DNA from: a virus
Taxonomy: Duplodnaviria > Caudoviricetes
IMG/VR virus record: IMGVR_UViG_3300027631_000027
Span: 1-53,788 of that record
Length of the DNA stretch: 53,788 nucleotides
Direction: 5' to 3' (one strand)
Shown here: positions 21,101 through 30,223 of the stretch, piece by piece
Layout of the letters: every line of letters starts with the position of its first letter
How positions within the stretch are numbered: position 1 is the first letter of the stretch
Notes under the pieces: model-generated
Databases searched by the model: none
Told to the model about the DNA's origin: nothing
The model's input: the letters and a program-made list of their open reading frames with translations, nothing else
Position numbers and translations under genes: made by a program

Positions 21101-22854
21101 AACGTATCTAGAGCAGTTTTCGTACCCTTTGCCTTTGCAAAGAACGGTAAGTTATGTAATAATCTTTTATAAAGTTCCGCGGACATATCTCTGCGTGGAA
21201 TTTCGGAATCCGTTCCAATAATATTATCTGCTAAATTGTACACAGAATTTAATGTTGGTAATGTAAATCCGATAGATTCTGCAATTTCATTAATTAAATC
21301 TTTAGAAAGTTCTTCGTTTGGATTTAAATTTCTACTGTATATGTTCGGAAATTGGTCTACGAACGGTTTAATCGTATCAAAGAAATGTCCCATCATAGAT
21401 ACAAATGTAATATATGCACCAGATGCATCATCCTCACGGAGATGTGATGGGATGGTATTAACTAAATTATTTTCGTTAAATTCATCAAATCGTTGTGCAA
21501 TTAAACTTTGCGTTTCATACCAATTTTCAACCGTAGTACTACTTACGGACCATAACGCACTTCCCGACTTTGGCCAATACGCAAGTGAATTATATTCTTG
21601 TCCAGTGTCTGCGTAATAAGCGGATGCAGAATATGGACTATTGGACCCCGACGGCGTGAAATACAAATATTGTTCATATCGGTCAAATCCACGGATAATA
21701 TCTTCTTGTTGTTTTGCAAATGTAGCGGATTGGTCTTGTAGATAAATTAATCCCACGGACGCCGTATTTGATGTATAATTAGCTAAAAATTGTATACGTT
21801 TAGATTCTAATGTTTCTAACTGAGTAACTTTTTGTTTAAATGTTTCAAGTCGCATTGCGGCTGACCCATAAAAAATAAAATTATTATAATCAGTAAAATC
21901 TATATTAAGTTCTGATGATTTGAAGTCGTATGAATACCATTGTCTAAAAATTTCGTCTTCGAAAGTTTTATTTTGATATTGATCAGTTGCCCCCATTGAC
22001 CCTGATTGCAGTGATAATTTCTGTAACGTCATGTTATTTAATGACTTTCCAGTATCAAGATCAGTTTGTACTGCTAAATTTTTTGGACGTAAGTATGGAG
22101 TAGCATCCAATTCAGGCGCAAATCTAACACGGACTTTATCAATTAATGTTTTGGTAACTTCTCGACTTAAAAATACAGAGGAACTAACAGTAATATCATC
22201 TGGTACTGGCTGTAATAGTTTTAATTGTAGCCGTTGCAATCCATTTACATCAACTGGTCCATATCGATACGCCAATGCAACCGATTGTTTATCTTCACCA
22301 TAATTTAATAACGTTTTTAACGTTCGTTCTTCGTCTACATACGTGTTAATTGCTGTTTGTAAAAATTCTAACGCAGACGTAATTATGGGTTCAGAAAGAT
22401 TTACATTAATTACGGTAGGTTTAATTACTATAGAATTACTTCTGGTTAATACTTGTGATGGAGTTATTGCAGGAGTTATAATTACTCGTACAATTGCGGA
22501 AATAGTTGTATTAAACTTGTCACGTTGTTGGGTCACCACTTGTTGCGTTACTGTAGTCGGTGCTGGTGCCACCGTAATTGCTGGATCGGCGGGTGTATCT
22601 ATCGGATGTGTAACTGACTGTGAGTATACTGCTGGGGGTGGTGCCTCTGGCAAAAATCTGACCCATGTACCTGGCGCAGATGCGGCTTCTTCCGGCCCAC
22701 CCGTACGCTCACCGGACTCGTACAACCGAATCGACTCTGGATACGCAGGATTTAGAAAAATAAATCCACCAGACGAGGTACGAACGGTTACGTAGTTGTC
22801 CGGTACGTTATTTCCGATTCTATTTGCTTCAATGTATTCGTCAGTATATGCCAT
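18112..22854 (-). CDS. large baseplate wedge-like protein with LamG/ConA-like domain
   Basis: NLPFFAKAKGTKTALDTLLKTFG (P2 gpI/T4 gp7-like) and FEGTIDEIRLWNDTLS (LamG-like). Confidence 0.65.
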   Translation of the reverse strand: MAYTDEYIEANRIGNNVPDNYVTVRTSSGGFIFLNPAYPESIRLYESGERTGGPEEAASAPGTWVRFLPEAPPPAVYSQSVTHPIDTPADPAITVAPAPTTVTQQVVTQQRDKFNTTISAIVRVIITPAITPSQVLTRSNSIVIKPTVINVNLSEPIITSALEFLQTAINTYVDEERTLKTLLNYGEDKQSVALAYRYGPVDVNGLQRLQLKLLQPVPDDITVSSSVFLSREVTKTLIDKVRVRFAPELDATPYLRPKNLAVQTDLDTGKSLNNMTLQKLSLQSGSMGATDQYQNKTFEDEIFRQWYSYDFKSSELNIDFTDYNNFIFYGSAAMRLETFKQKVTQLETLESKRIQFLANYTSNTASVGLIYLQDQSATFAKQQEDIIRGFDRYEQYLYFTPSGSNSPYSASAYYADTGQEYNSLAYWPKSGSALWSVSSTTVENWYETQSLIAQRFDEFNENNLVNTIPSHLREDDASGAYITFVSMMGHFFDTIKPFVDQFPNIYSRNLNPNEELSKDLINEIAESIGFTLPTLNSVYNLADNIIGTDSEIPRRDMSAELYKRLLHNLPFFAKAKGTKTALDTLLKTFGIGPQLLSVKETGTPESSSYHVYDEYTNGLQFTQAKTSYIEVPVSASTRTPTTLQFTCVTENTTTPITTLVTGDEKWALHVARHPSNTSLGRFIITSGSNTIQILSSSYHEIYNQPVSITLQTYASTSSVYIIQTDGEDLIFSSISSNSDKFPSLWQSTNYVYMGASGSRTISRFEGTIDEIRLWNDTLSDEVILNTVFDAGSNAGDTYSSAADNLLVQLSFNKIDTGSLIASSSVPNESPYKNISVSPSLETLSTFNVTGSDFVRYNRTIRQEMPFAGSSGYITNKVKVAAPPVFIDDTKGARLYRTQSIVSAQTKKLRRGRNKVVLAMSPTEIINQNIIRNLGLENINAVLGSPTTLYTQFDKSLETLKRHYQQYHYVYVNTNRFIRIAADVGSVLNQVMDYFIPSKAATIQGILIEPNILEQVKIPPVKNIRFYGKDTKKTLSAVGSLSSSRPDYGATFNVSDVIESAVTTVEGNYPTYRVQEQVTLPLPVSANVINQTTKLDMQPATLTGSYSNLKTTIAEDVNLVEAKFTTYNKRHEIWQLTDISSSRPARASNIDMQLSDMNKIPYNDVNNGSIGSEPYSRLYTRKLFDTEIATPRLGGNTSIYVPAVYDIQPSTDFRDVGVYTYFNDTYGIYYFPVIVKTPVYTRPLNATWNNVSQSFDGDITWTVGKKYNIYDVVYQNIDSTYTSIDGSIKAAQGGNGKYYVFTTRTSYKESTDGTPAYTDGVPSYTPPSLDKNNWELLRFLPIQKLEPRRIVYDTYTIPTPALNNYKTTTISINKIIDVPDRYVDLFSLPSVNGNSYITGEVVVQNIALLFGIQTGTTGLRIRFYRTQTARDVDIARPIESMPLNSHGVLLDMQMSTTNVETIGPISTLVADSMPPSGKLFYTINNTTTTIKDVNLLLYYYALQIEPRIPFGYLRKHYRFFRDNSTATKRRNYVGCLNTKDTTIDGRDPVEVFLSEGTDITIAKTQTNTEITTGGGGTLNVT

Positions 22855-22872
22855 TAATAGTTACCCATAGTA

Positions 22873-23286
22873 TTATATATTTTTAAGGGCCACTGACCCA
22901 TTCGATAAATTTTTGACTATAAAATTTATTGGTGCCGTTACTGGTGCAATACTTGACCGTGCATCAAAAAATGCAGTTTTTAAGGTAACTGGTAATATAA
23001 CTTGCGCACCAGGTTCCACTATAAATACATATGGACTTGTTGTATTATCTGTACGTATCCCCAACATTTTATCGTTAAACTCTATAGTAGTTTCCAATCT
23101 TACATTTGACGTAATATTTTTAACTGTAATTACATCATTATATTGCTGGGTTGTTCCTATAGCGTAATTAATTTCTGTTGGTGGATTGAAAGTAATTACC
23201 ACCATATCATTTATGGAATTGACTGTACTGGTGCCCGTTGGCGGTACATATGGTGTATAACTAAGTAAAAATGGAATAGTACTCAT
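22873..23286 (-). CDS. Ig-like domain virion protein
   Basis: Beta-rich; similar to C-terminal domain of upstream gene. Confidence 0.5.
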   Translation of the reverse strand: MSTIPFLLSYTPYVPPTGTSTVNSINDMVVITFNPPTEINYAIGTTQQYNDVITVKNITSNVRLETTIEFNDKMLGIRTDNTTSPYVFIVEPGAQVILPVTLKTAFFDARSSIAPVTAPINFIVKNLSNGSVALKNI

Positions 23287-24602
23287 TATAATTCTCTAAT
23301 GCCGACAGACATTCGTAATTTGGACATACCTGTTTCTAATTCATTTAACAATTTAGGTGTTACTTGAACCGTAAATGATACATTACTTCTTGGCGGTATC
23401 ATAAATACGTTGGGCGTAACTGTAATATCTAAATTGGTTGTTATTTGCAATTCATATGATATTGCCGTAGATGAATTGGTTGCCGTTATTATTTTTGCCA
23501 TTGGATATTGTGTAGAGCCTCGTTGGTATTGAAATACCAATTCATCATTTAAACTAGGATTAAATGTAACAATTGTTACAGGTTCCCAACAGGTACCTCC
23601 TCCTGGTCCACTATATCCAACTTCTCGTCTATCACTTGGAATTCCAGCAAATAATTCTCCAGAAATGCAATCTCTCCATTTTACTGTTGGTAGAGGGGTT
23701 GCGGTAGGAGTTGCCGTTGGCGTTCCGTTAGGAGTTGACGTTGGTGTTCCATTAGGAGTTGACGTTGGAGTTGACGTTGGTGTTCCATTAGGAGTTGACG
23801 TTGGAGTTGACGTTGGTGTTGACGTTGGTGTTGACGTTGGTGTTGCCACACAGTTTAGATCATTTGCACGCCGTTCCCATTGATCTGGGGTTTTTTCATT
23901 ACATCCATCGGCATACAAACCCGTTGTTCCATCACATCTTTTGAAATATGGTGGTATTGGGTCGCAAATAACCTCAATGTCGCACAGTGCATTATTTTCT
24001 CTGTAGATACCGCAGACTCCATTTACTCCACCATCCGAAAGTACTGCATTAGTTGCACCTGTAGAATTATATCCATTCTCGCAGTACAAAAGTTCACCGA
24101 GTGGCGGACATTTTGGCGGGTCTACAATTTTAATACATTCACTTCTATCCCAATCACTTGGTACACCTGGATATGATATGCACCCAACCGGCGTGGGACT
24201 TCCATTTACCAACACATTTACTGTGCGGGTAGCTTCTCCCGTCCATTCATTTCCCAATAATGTAGCACACTGGGTATATTCGTTCTTCATATTACAATAT
24301 GGCGCACACGAACTACCCACTTCATCACATTCTGATGTGTCTGGTGGGCATGAATTAGCCAACGTCTGTCTACAGACATAGTTGGTACTGGGTCCACAGC
24401 AACGTTTTTTTGGTGCAAGATTGTCCGCACCGTCATCTGTTGTGTTACCGGTACCACCTGACGTTGGTGTAGGTGTTGGTGTAACCGTTATTCCCCCACC
24501 AAAACTTTCCACACACGTTCCGTTAAAACAAACTAACGCCGTGTCAAAAAAAGTATTTGAATTACAATCGTCACTTGATCTACAATTATCGCCAATAGCC
24601 AT
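23286..24602 (-). CDS. Cys-rich protein with Pro/Thr linker and C-terminal Ig-like domain
   Basis: Numerous Cys in small modules, (TPTS)n/PNGT linker. Confidence 0.65.
   Translation of the reverse strand: MAIGDNCRSSDDCNSNTFFDTALVCFNGTCVESFGGGITVTPTPTPTSGGTGNTTDDGADNLAPKKRCCGPSTNYVCRQTLANSCPPDTSECDEVGSSCAPYCNMKNEYTQCATLLGNEWTGEATRTVNVLVNGSPTPVGCISYPGVPSDWDRSECIKIVDPPKCPPLGELLYCENGYNSTGATNAVLSDGGVNGVCGIYRENNALCDIEVICDPIPPYFKRCDGTTGLYADGCNEKTPDQWERRANDLNCVATPTSTPTSTPTSTPTSTPNGTPTSTPTSTPNGTPTSTPNGTPTATPTATPLPTVKWRDCISGELFAGIPSDRREVGYSGPGGGTCWEPVTIVTFNPSLNDELVFQYQRGSTQYPMAKIITATNSSTAISYELQITTNLDITVTPNVFMIPPRSNVSFTVQVTPKLLNELETGMSKLRMSVGIREL
23690..23847 (-). repeat. 12-bp coding tandem repeat (GGWGTTGACGTT; TPTS/TPNG)
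   Basis: Read directly; boundaries approximate. Confidence 0.9.
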
Positions 24603-24631
24603 CTATATATTCCGTTTAAAGTGATTCGTAA

Positions 24632-25495
24632 TTAACTAACTTGTATTCTACTGTCCATAATTTGTTGCAAATTTCCTATATTGTCCCGCACAACAGATCG
24701 AATAATTTGCTCGTATTCGTCCTGTTGTATTCGGTCATCGCCATTAATAATTATGTCTTCACTTATGAAAGTATATAATTGTAAAAGAAAATCATTAACT
24801 TGTATATTAAACGATTCTCGTAAATTTAACTTGTCAATTCTTGCTATAGTATTTGCGTAGGTTTGATTTATTTCTGGAATTTCTATATTTGCTACTACGT
24901 TATCCACCGTAACTCCTTCCGTTGAATTATTCAATTCTACACCGGATTTAAAAATTTTCTGCGCCACTCCTACCGCATCCGACTTATTAAATGACGGTTC
25001 AACAAATTCTCTAAGTAAATAAGCATCTTCTCTACGTGTTACATCATCAACAACATTATTAAATGTTAATTGAACTTCGGTTCGTAACGGTGATATAGTA
25101 TCAATAGTCAATCGTTTATCAGTATAACTTCCAATTTCATCTGAAAAGAAGTTTAATACCATTCGATAATCACCTGGTACTAGTATTAAATTTTTATCCT
25201 TGAACAGTTTTGTAAAATCTATTCTGATATAATTTTTATATGAATTATCTCCGTAAGACACTATGTGAGATTTAATTATACCATCACTTAATGTAATGGT
25301 TGTACTTAATAATAATTGATTTCCAGGAATTGTATAAAAATGTACTTCCACATTGTCTTGTGCGTCAAATGCAAAACTTGCCGGAACTTCTTCAAATAGA
25401 ATTATTTCATTTGGGTTACTTACAATTCTAGATGCAGTAAATCGAGGTTCTGTCTGAGTTGTTACATCACTTCTAAAATTTGCTTGATTTGGCAT
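24632..25495 (-). CDS. hypothetical structural-module protein
   Basis: 287 aa ORF packed in baseplate operon. Confidence 0.6.
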   Translation of the reverse strand: MPNQANFRSDVTTQTEPRFTASRIVSNPNEIILFEEVPASFAFDAQDNVEVHFYTIPGNQLLLSTTITLSDGIIKSHIVSYGDNSYKNYIRIDFTKLFKDKNLILVPGDYRMVLNFFSDEIGSYTDKRLTIDTISPLRTEVQLTFNNVVDDVTRREDAYLLREFVEPSFNKSDAVGVAQKIFKSGVELNNSTEGVTVDNVVANIEIPEINQTYANTIARIDKLNLRESFNIQVNDFLLQLYTFISEDIIINGDDRIQQDEYEQIIRSVVRDNIGNLQQIMDSRIQVS

Positions 25496-25496
25496 A

Positions 25497-25871
25497 TTAT
25501 ATACTCAACTCAGTAAATTGCGTGTCTATATTTTTAATAACATCAGCGTTATATCGTTCAAAGTAAATAGGTGCATAATATCCCTGTGAGGCGGTTGGTT
25601 CGGTGGTCATACTTGGACCTTGTAATATAGTAGACCCATCAAAATCTAACGGCATTACAATTTTAAAAGGATATACCGTAGAAATTTCCGGTTGTAATTC
25701 TTGTAAAGATTGTGTGGTTTGTATTAAATTAGGAGATAATGTACGTGTATCTAATTCATATATGTCACCCTCTGGGGAGAAATATGAAGAGGATACTATT
25801 ATAATATCTTCGTTATCCTTTTTAAGATTTACCAAAAATTTTGGAATATAAGAATTAAATATATTAATCAT
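25497..25871 (-). CDS. hypothetical protein
   Basis: 124 aa ORF packed in operon. Confidence 0.6.
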   Translation of the reverse strand: MINIFNSYIPKFLVNLKKDNEDIIIVSSSYFSPEGDIYELDTRTLSPNLIQTTQSLQELQPEISTVYPFKIVMPLDFDGSTILQGPSMTTEPTASQGYYAPIYFERYNADVIKNIDTQFTELSI

Positions 25872-26904
25872 CGGAATCTATTTTAAACGTATAATTAAAC
25901 TCTGGGAAGAACACCAATCCACTTGATTTTACTTTCAAATCCAATGTATAATATCGATTTACCTCCAATCCAGACGTATCTAATATAATATAAGAACCTG
26001 ATGCATCGCAATTTATAGCAGAATATTGATCAAACTCATATATTACCGTATCTGCCACTTGGTCACGTATTCTAAAATACGATTCTGATGGTAGGTAGTA
26101 GATGTTTTTATACCGTTGGGTTGCGTTAAATTTTCTGTCTGGATATGGTTCTCTAACTACTAGATATACTTTATCTATTTCTCCTAGAGTATATGCTTCT
26201 TTTATATTCTTGGGAACAATTGTAACATTACTATTTGGAATGGGTTTTAAACTTCCAGTAACGAAGGTTTGATTTACACTAACAATTTCTAATTTTGGAG
26301 CAAATATAGTGTGTGTATTTCCTGAAAAGAACTTAATATTACCCACGTTCGTAGAATCCAGTTCATCGGCGTCTGGAAATTTAATCACCAATCCACGCCA
26401 GGTTGTTGCATTATTTCCAGCAACAACCGGTGCAATTATACTAGTCACATTAATTTTAATATCTTCGATGGGCACGTTTGATATACTGTGTGTAGAGTAT
26501 AGTACCGTCGTATAATCACTTCCTGATGTTGTCCAATTTGTTATGTTAGTAGCTTGTTGCCATGTTACGCCGTCTTCTACATTTTCTACATCTTGATAAA
26601 AATATCCACTACCTTCTACCCAGTTCCGTGATACTGGATACACCAGTAATTGCTGGTATCGGTTAACATTTGTTGCGTTAGCAATTCTAAGATTTAGGTA
26701 ATATACTGAACTAGTGGAGTACTGTTGTGTCGATGGTATATTAAAATCTAATAATATACGAGCTGATCCCGACGCATATTGATTGGGGCCATCTAATGAT
26801 TTTATTATTTTTCCAACTTCAATAATTTCATCAAGACCAGTATTTAGTGTTGGGTATCGTTCATAAATTGTTGCATCTTGTGTTGTTGGTAGGAATGTTC
26901 TCAT
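25864..26904 (-). CDS. DNRLRE-like (carbohydrate-binding-like) virion protein
   Basis: QDATIYERYPTLNTG...RILLDFN...WVEGSG...VTW...GLVIK...PKLEI pattern. Confidence 0.6.
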   Translation of the reverse strand: MRTFLPTTQDATIYERYPTLNTGLDEIIEVGKIIKSLDGPNQYASGSARILLDFNIPSTQQYSTSSVYYLNLRIANATNVNRYQQLLVYPVSRNWVEGSGYFYQDVENVEDGVTWQQATNITNWTTSGSDYTTVLYSTHSISNVPIEDIKINVTSIIAPVVAGNNATTWRGLVIKFPDADELDSTNVGNIKFFSGNTHTIFAPKLEIVSVNQTFVTGSLKPIPNSNVTIVPKNIKEAYTLGEIDKVYLVVREPYPDRKFNATQRYKNIYYLPSESYFRIRDQVADTVIYEFDQYSAINCDASGSYIILDTSGLEVNRYYTLDLKVKSSGLVFFPEFNYTFKIDSDD

Positions 26905-26913
26905 ATATTATCT

Positions 26914-28899
26914 CTATTGACGAGCGAATCCAACAATATCGGTTTCTGGGTGACGTATTTCAAATATACATGGGTCAAGTGATGGATATACAATATCATC
27001 TACAGTTGCTTCTTCGATAGGATATCGATATTCAAAATAATCACGACCATCTTGGAATCTATACTTATTTGTTATAATTACATCGGAAATTGTTTGCACA
27101 CCTTCCACCGACCCAATTGTTAATCGTAAATCATTCATGATAATTGGTTGATTAATTTGCCACTTTGCAATATCAAAGAAATCTTTAATTGCATCAATAC
27201 ACCGTGCAACAACATCATTCATATTATAATTACGGTACACCACAATATGAAATTGAACACCGACATTCACAACAAACGCATCTAAAATATTTACGTCATC
27301 AGTAAGTACTCTATATTGTTCTAAATATTTAGCCAAGTTCTTTTTTACTAATGTATTCAATGTAGCTAAATTTTTATTTTCGTCATACCCCAACACATAT
27401 AAATTAATTGCGTTGGGAGCAACGGGGTCCACTACATATGACCGGTCGTTATATGGATTTTGATCGTTATTTAACGTCAATGAACCAGAATCTTGTCGTG
27501 CAATTGCGTTAATTTGTTCATCACGAACTACAAATACCTTTGATATTTGTCCAAACTGTGCTGGCATGGCCAGACTACGTACTAAATAATCCTTATCGGT
27601 AACAACTCGATTTTGTGCATTAAAAAATGCTAAGGCATTTTGCCGTATTTCCTCTACCGTTTCTGTGCTTCCCCCACCACGTGCAGGTTCTTCATTAAGA
27701 ATAGCTACACTAGATACTACTTGATTATATAATCCTTGTTCTGCGGAGGTATAATTTGCTGGATTGTTTGCAATATTAACATAGTCTACGCTAGTAATTG
27801 TATTTGACGCCACGTTTGATTCTATTCCACCGCCCACCATATATGTAACCGTTAGTGTAGTATTAGCAGGAGCCAAACCAAACGTATCCGTTGATATAAA
27901 ATCCGCAGGATCTAGTGATGAGTTAGTAATAACTTGATTATATTTTGAATTAGCTATTTGTGTGGAGTTCAATGTCAATAATTCATCACTAGTATCGTTT
28001 GTTCCTGACCCAAACCATAATTCTAATTTCATATCAGAGTTAATTCTTGTGGCAAATCTTCTTGGTTTTTTACGAAATATTGCAAGTTTTGCGGGAGACA
28101 ATGACCCAGATTGCATGACGGTGGATGAAAAAAATCCACCGGTGCCACGAGATTCTATATTACGTTCTTCTATGATTAAATCTTGTCCCAAATAATCTAC
28201 TTCATACCAAGGATTTCCATCGGAATCTGTCACATTAGTGATTGAGATAACGTTTGAATCTACAATTTCTATCTTAGAAAATTTTTGTGCCGAACCAAAC
28301 GAAAACGTTGCCGTTTTTATATCTGCCGATACGAGTTTTATTTTCTTAGACACAACATACATGGTTGGTGCATTTGACGCATCACGTGCCAATACGCGAA
28401 TGGTTCTATTTAATCCATCGGCAAAATTTACATCCTCAGTAGAACGAAAATTTTGTGTTGGTAACGTACTTGTAGAAAATTTAGAATTTGCTAATATTTT
28501 TAAGAAAAATTTCTGGTCAGGTTCGTAATTAAACGTAGATCCCAATGCGGGAACCATCTGATATATGTCTGCTTCTACTGTGGCTGCTGCAGTAAGTTTA
28601 GGTTTATAGCCCAATGCCTGTGATATACTTACAACATTATTTCTTTCCTTTGCAAACAACAATAAATTTTCTTTGAACTGGTTATCAATATAAAATGACA
28701 TAACATCACCCACATATGCTGCCATTTCCATGAACATCATACCAGGTGACGCTTCATTAAAATCACTATACGTATCTGGATAATATGATTTAGCAAACTC
28801 AATCAAATTTTGCCGATATTCGGAAAAATTCTTTGACAGATAATTAACATCTTTGAAATTTGGATTGAATTTTTTTGTAATTGATTGGTTCACTGCCAT
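26914..28899 (-). CDS. gp6: baseplate wedge subunit (T4 gp6 / baseplate J-like)
   Basis: YSDFNEASPGMMFMEMAAYVGDVMSFY, LGYKP, GGSTETVEEIR, QNRVVTDKDY. Confidence 0.88.
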   Translation of the reverse strand: MAVNQSITKKFNPNFKDVNYLSKNFSEYRQNLIEFAKSYYPDTYSDFNEASPGMMFMEMAAYVGDVMSFYIDNQFKENLLLFAKERNNVVSISQALGYKPKLTAAATVEADIYQMVPALGSTFNYEPDQKFFLKILANSKFSTSTLPTQNFRSTEDVNFADGLNRTIRVLARDASNAPTMYVVSKKIKLVSADIKTATFSFGSAQKFSKIEIVDSNVISITNVTDSDGNPWYEVDYLGQDLIIEERNIESRGTGGFFSSTVMQSGSLSPAKLAIFRKKPRRFATRINSDMKLELWFGSGTNDTSDELLTLNSTQIANSKYNQVITNSSLDPADFISTDTFGLAPANTTLTVTYMVGGGIESNVASNTITSVDYVNIANNPANYTSAEQGLYNQVVSSVAILNEEPARGGGSTETVEEIRQNALAFFNAQNRVVTDKDYLVRSLAMPAQFGQISKVFVVRDEQINAIARQDSGSLTLNNDQNPYNDRSYVVDPVAPNAINLYVLGYDENKNLATLNTLVKKNLAKYLEQYRVLTDDVNILDAFVVNVGVQFHIVVYRNYNMNDVVARCIDAIKDFFDIAKWQINQPIIMNDLRLTIGSVEGVQTISDVIITNKYRFQDGRDYFEYRYPIEEATVDDIVYPSLDPCIFEIRHPETDIVGFARQ

Positions 28900-28909
28900 T
28901 GATTATCTC

Positions 28910-29290
28910 CTAAAACGTTAGAATAATAGTGTCTCTGATATTTGGATTCTTCTTTAAACGATATCCCACGTATAATCGAAGTCTATTATTATCCAAATCG
29001 TTTGGTTCTGCATTAAGTTCAAACTGCACAAGTTCTAAAAACGGCATCCATCGTTCTACAGCGTTTACAACCGATAATCGAGCGCCTTCAATATTTTCAG
29101 GAGTCAATTGTTCAAAAAGATAATCATGAATACCACACCCAAATTCAGGTTGGTGTACACGTTCACCTTTTCGTGTAAGTATCAAGTTTAAAAAATTTGA
29201 TTTTACTTGAACTAATGTATCAAAGGATTGTTGAAAATATCCCATGTTGCCAATTTGTATTGGTAAAGTAATACCAATTCCTTGTGCCAT
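28910..29290 (-). CDS. gp25: baseplate wedge subunit gp25/GPW-like
   Basis: NLILTRKGERVHQPEFGCGIHDYLFE...VERWMP. Confidence 0.9.
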   Translation of the reverse strand: MAQGIGITLPIQIGNMGYFQQSFDTLVQVKSNFLNLILTRKGERVHQPEFGCGIHDYLFEQLTPENIEGARLSVVNAVERWMPFLELVQFELNAEPNDLDNNRLRLYVGYRLKKNPNIRDTIILTF

Positions 29291-29298
29291 ATCTTATC

Positions 29299-29625
29299 TC
29301 AGGTTAATTTCATTGCCTTCATCATTGCCGAATAATCTTTCGTAATTGCCTTCACTACTTCTGGATCTGCGTCTGTCGGCACATTATCAGGAAGTCGAGA
29401 CGGTAAATTATTAGTTGTTGCTTGTATCGTGTTACCATCGTATGAAACACCCATTAATTCTGAGAGCCTGTTACGGTCAAATTTTGGTGCATTTTTTGTT
29501 GGTGTTACATTTTCTTTTAACTGCTTAACTTGTGACACTGCTTCCGACAGCATTTGCGGTAGAATTCGGGTAACTTCTTCCTCAACAATGGTACGGATAT
29601 ATGCTTTAAGTAATTGTCTATCCAT
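29299..29625 (-). CDS. hypothetical protein
   Basis: LKAYIRTIVEEEV N-terminus, KAITKDYSAMMKAM C-terminus; intact ORF. Confidence 0.65.
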   Translation of the reverse strand: MDRQLLKAYIRTIVEEEVTRILPQMLSEAVSQVKQLKENVTPTKNAPKFDRNRLSELMGVSYDGNTIQATTNNLPSRLPDNVPTDADPEVVKAITKDYSAMMKAMKLT

Positions 29626-29678
29626 AAAACACTCTCTATATAAATGGTGGTAAATTAAACTTTAAGATGATTTTAACA

Positions 29679-30221
29679 CTATAATTTTGGTATTTGTAAC
29701 TTTGGTATTTCCGGTGGCTTAGGTAGTGTTGGCAATTCCTTTGGTTTCATTGGATATTTAAATGCCTCTTTTCCTTTTTTCAAATTTTCTTTACTTACTG
29801 TCCGTCGTAATTCTTGTAGTTCTTTTTTTGTCTTTGTATATGCTTTTTTTGCCAATGCCTTGACATCAATTGCCGGCAATTTTGGTGGAAATGCTAGATA
29901 TATAGTTAACGCTAATGCCAATGTTTCAGTCAATACTGTTAGTTTATCTGTTACTTGTTTTTCTATATCAGTTTTTTGTGCTAACAATTCTTGTTGTTTA
30001 TCTGCTATCAGCGTCATTGCTTTAGCTTCTGCTTCTTTTTTTATAAACTCCGGATCTTTAAACTTTGCTAATTCATCCAATTTTGCTTGTGCGGCATCCG
30101 TCGTGGCATTTACGGTATTGGATGCCAACGAGTTTGCATCAGCAACATTTCTAGGAACCGAAGAATTTGAGGCGGCAGCTTTTGTAGCATCCATTGCATT
30201 TTTTAATGGGTCAAATGACAT
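29679..30221 (-). CDS. hypothetical coiled-coil protein
   Basis: Intact 180 aa ORF directly after the gp5-like gene. Confidence 0.6.
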   Translation of the reverse strand: MSFDPLKNAMDATKAAASNSSVPRNVADANSLASNTVNATTDAAQAKLDELAKFKDPEFIKKEAEAKAMTLIADKQQELLAQKTDIEKQVTDKLTVLTETLALALTIYLAFPPKLPAIDVKALAKKAYTKTKKELQELRRTVSKENLKKGKEAFKYPMKPKELPTLPKPPEIPKLQIPKL

Positions 30222-30223
30222 AA

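Noticed and set aside
23690-23847. Possible iteron or origin array
   Set aside because: Fully explained as a Pro/Thr linker within an ORF
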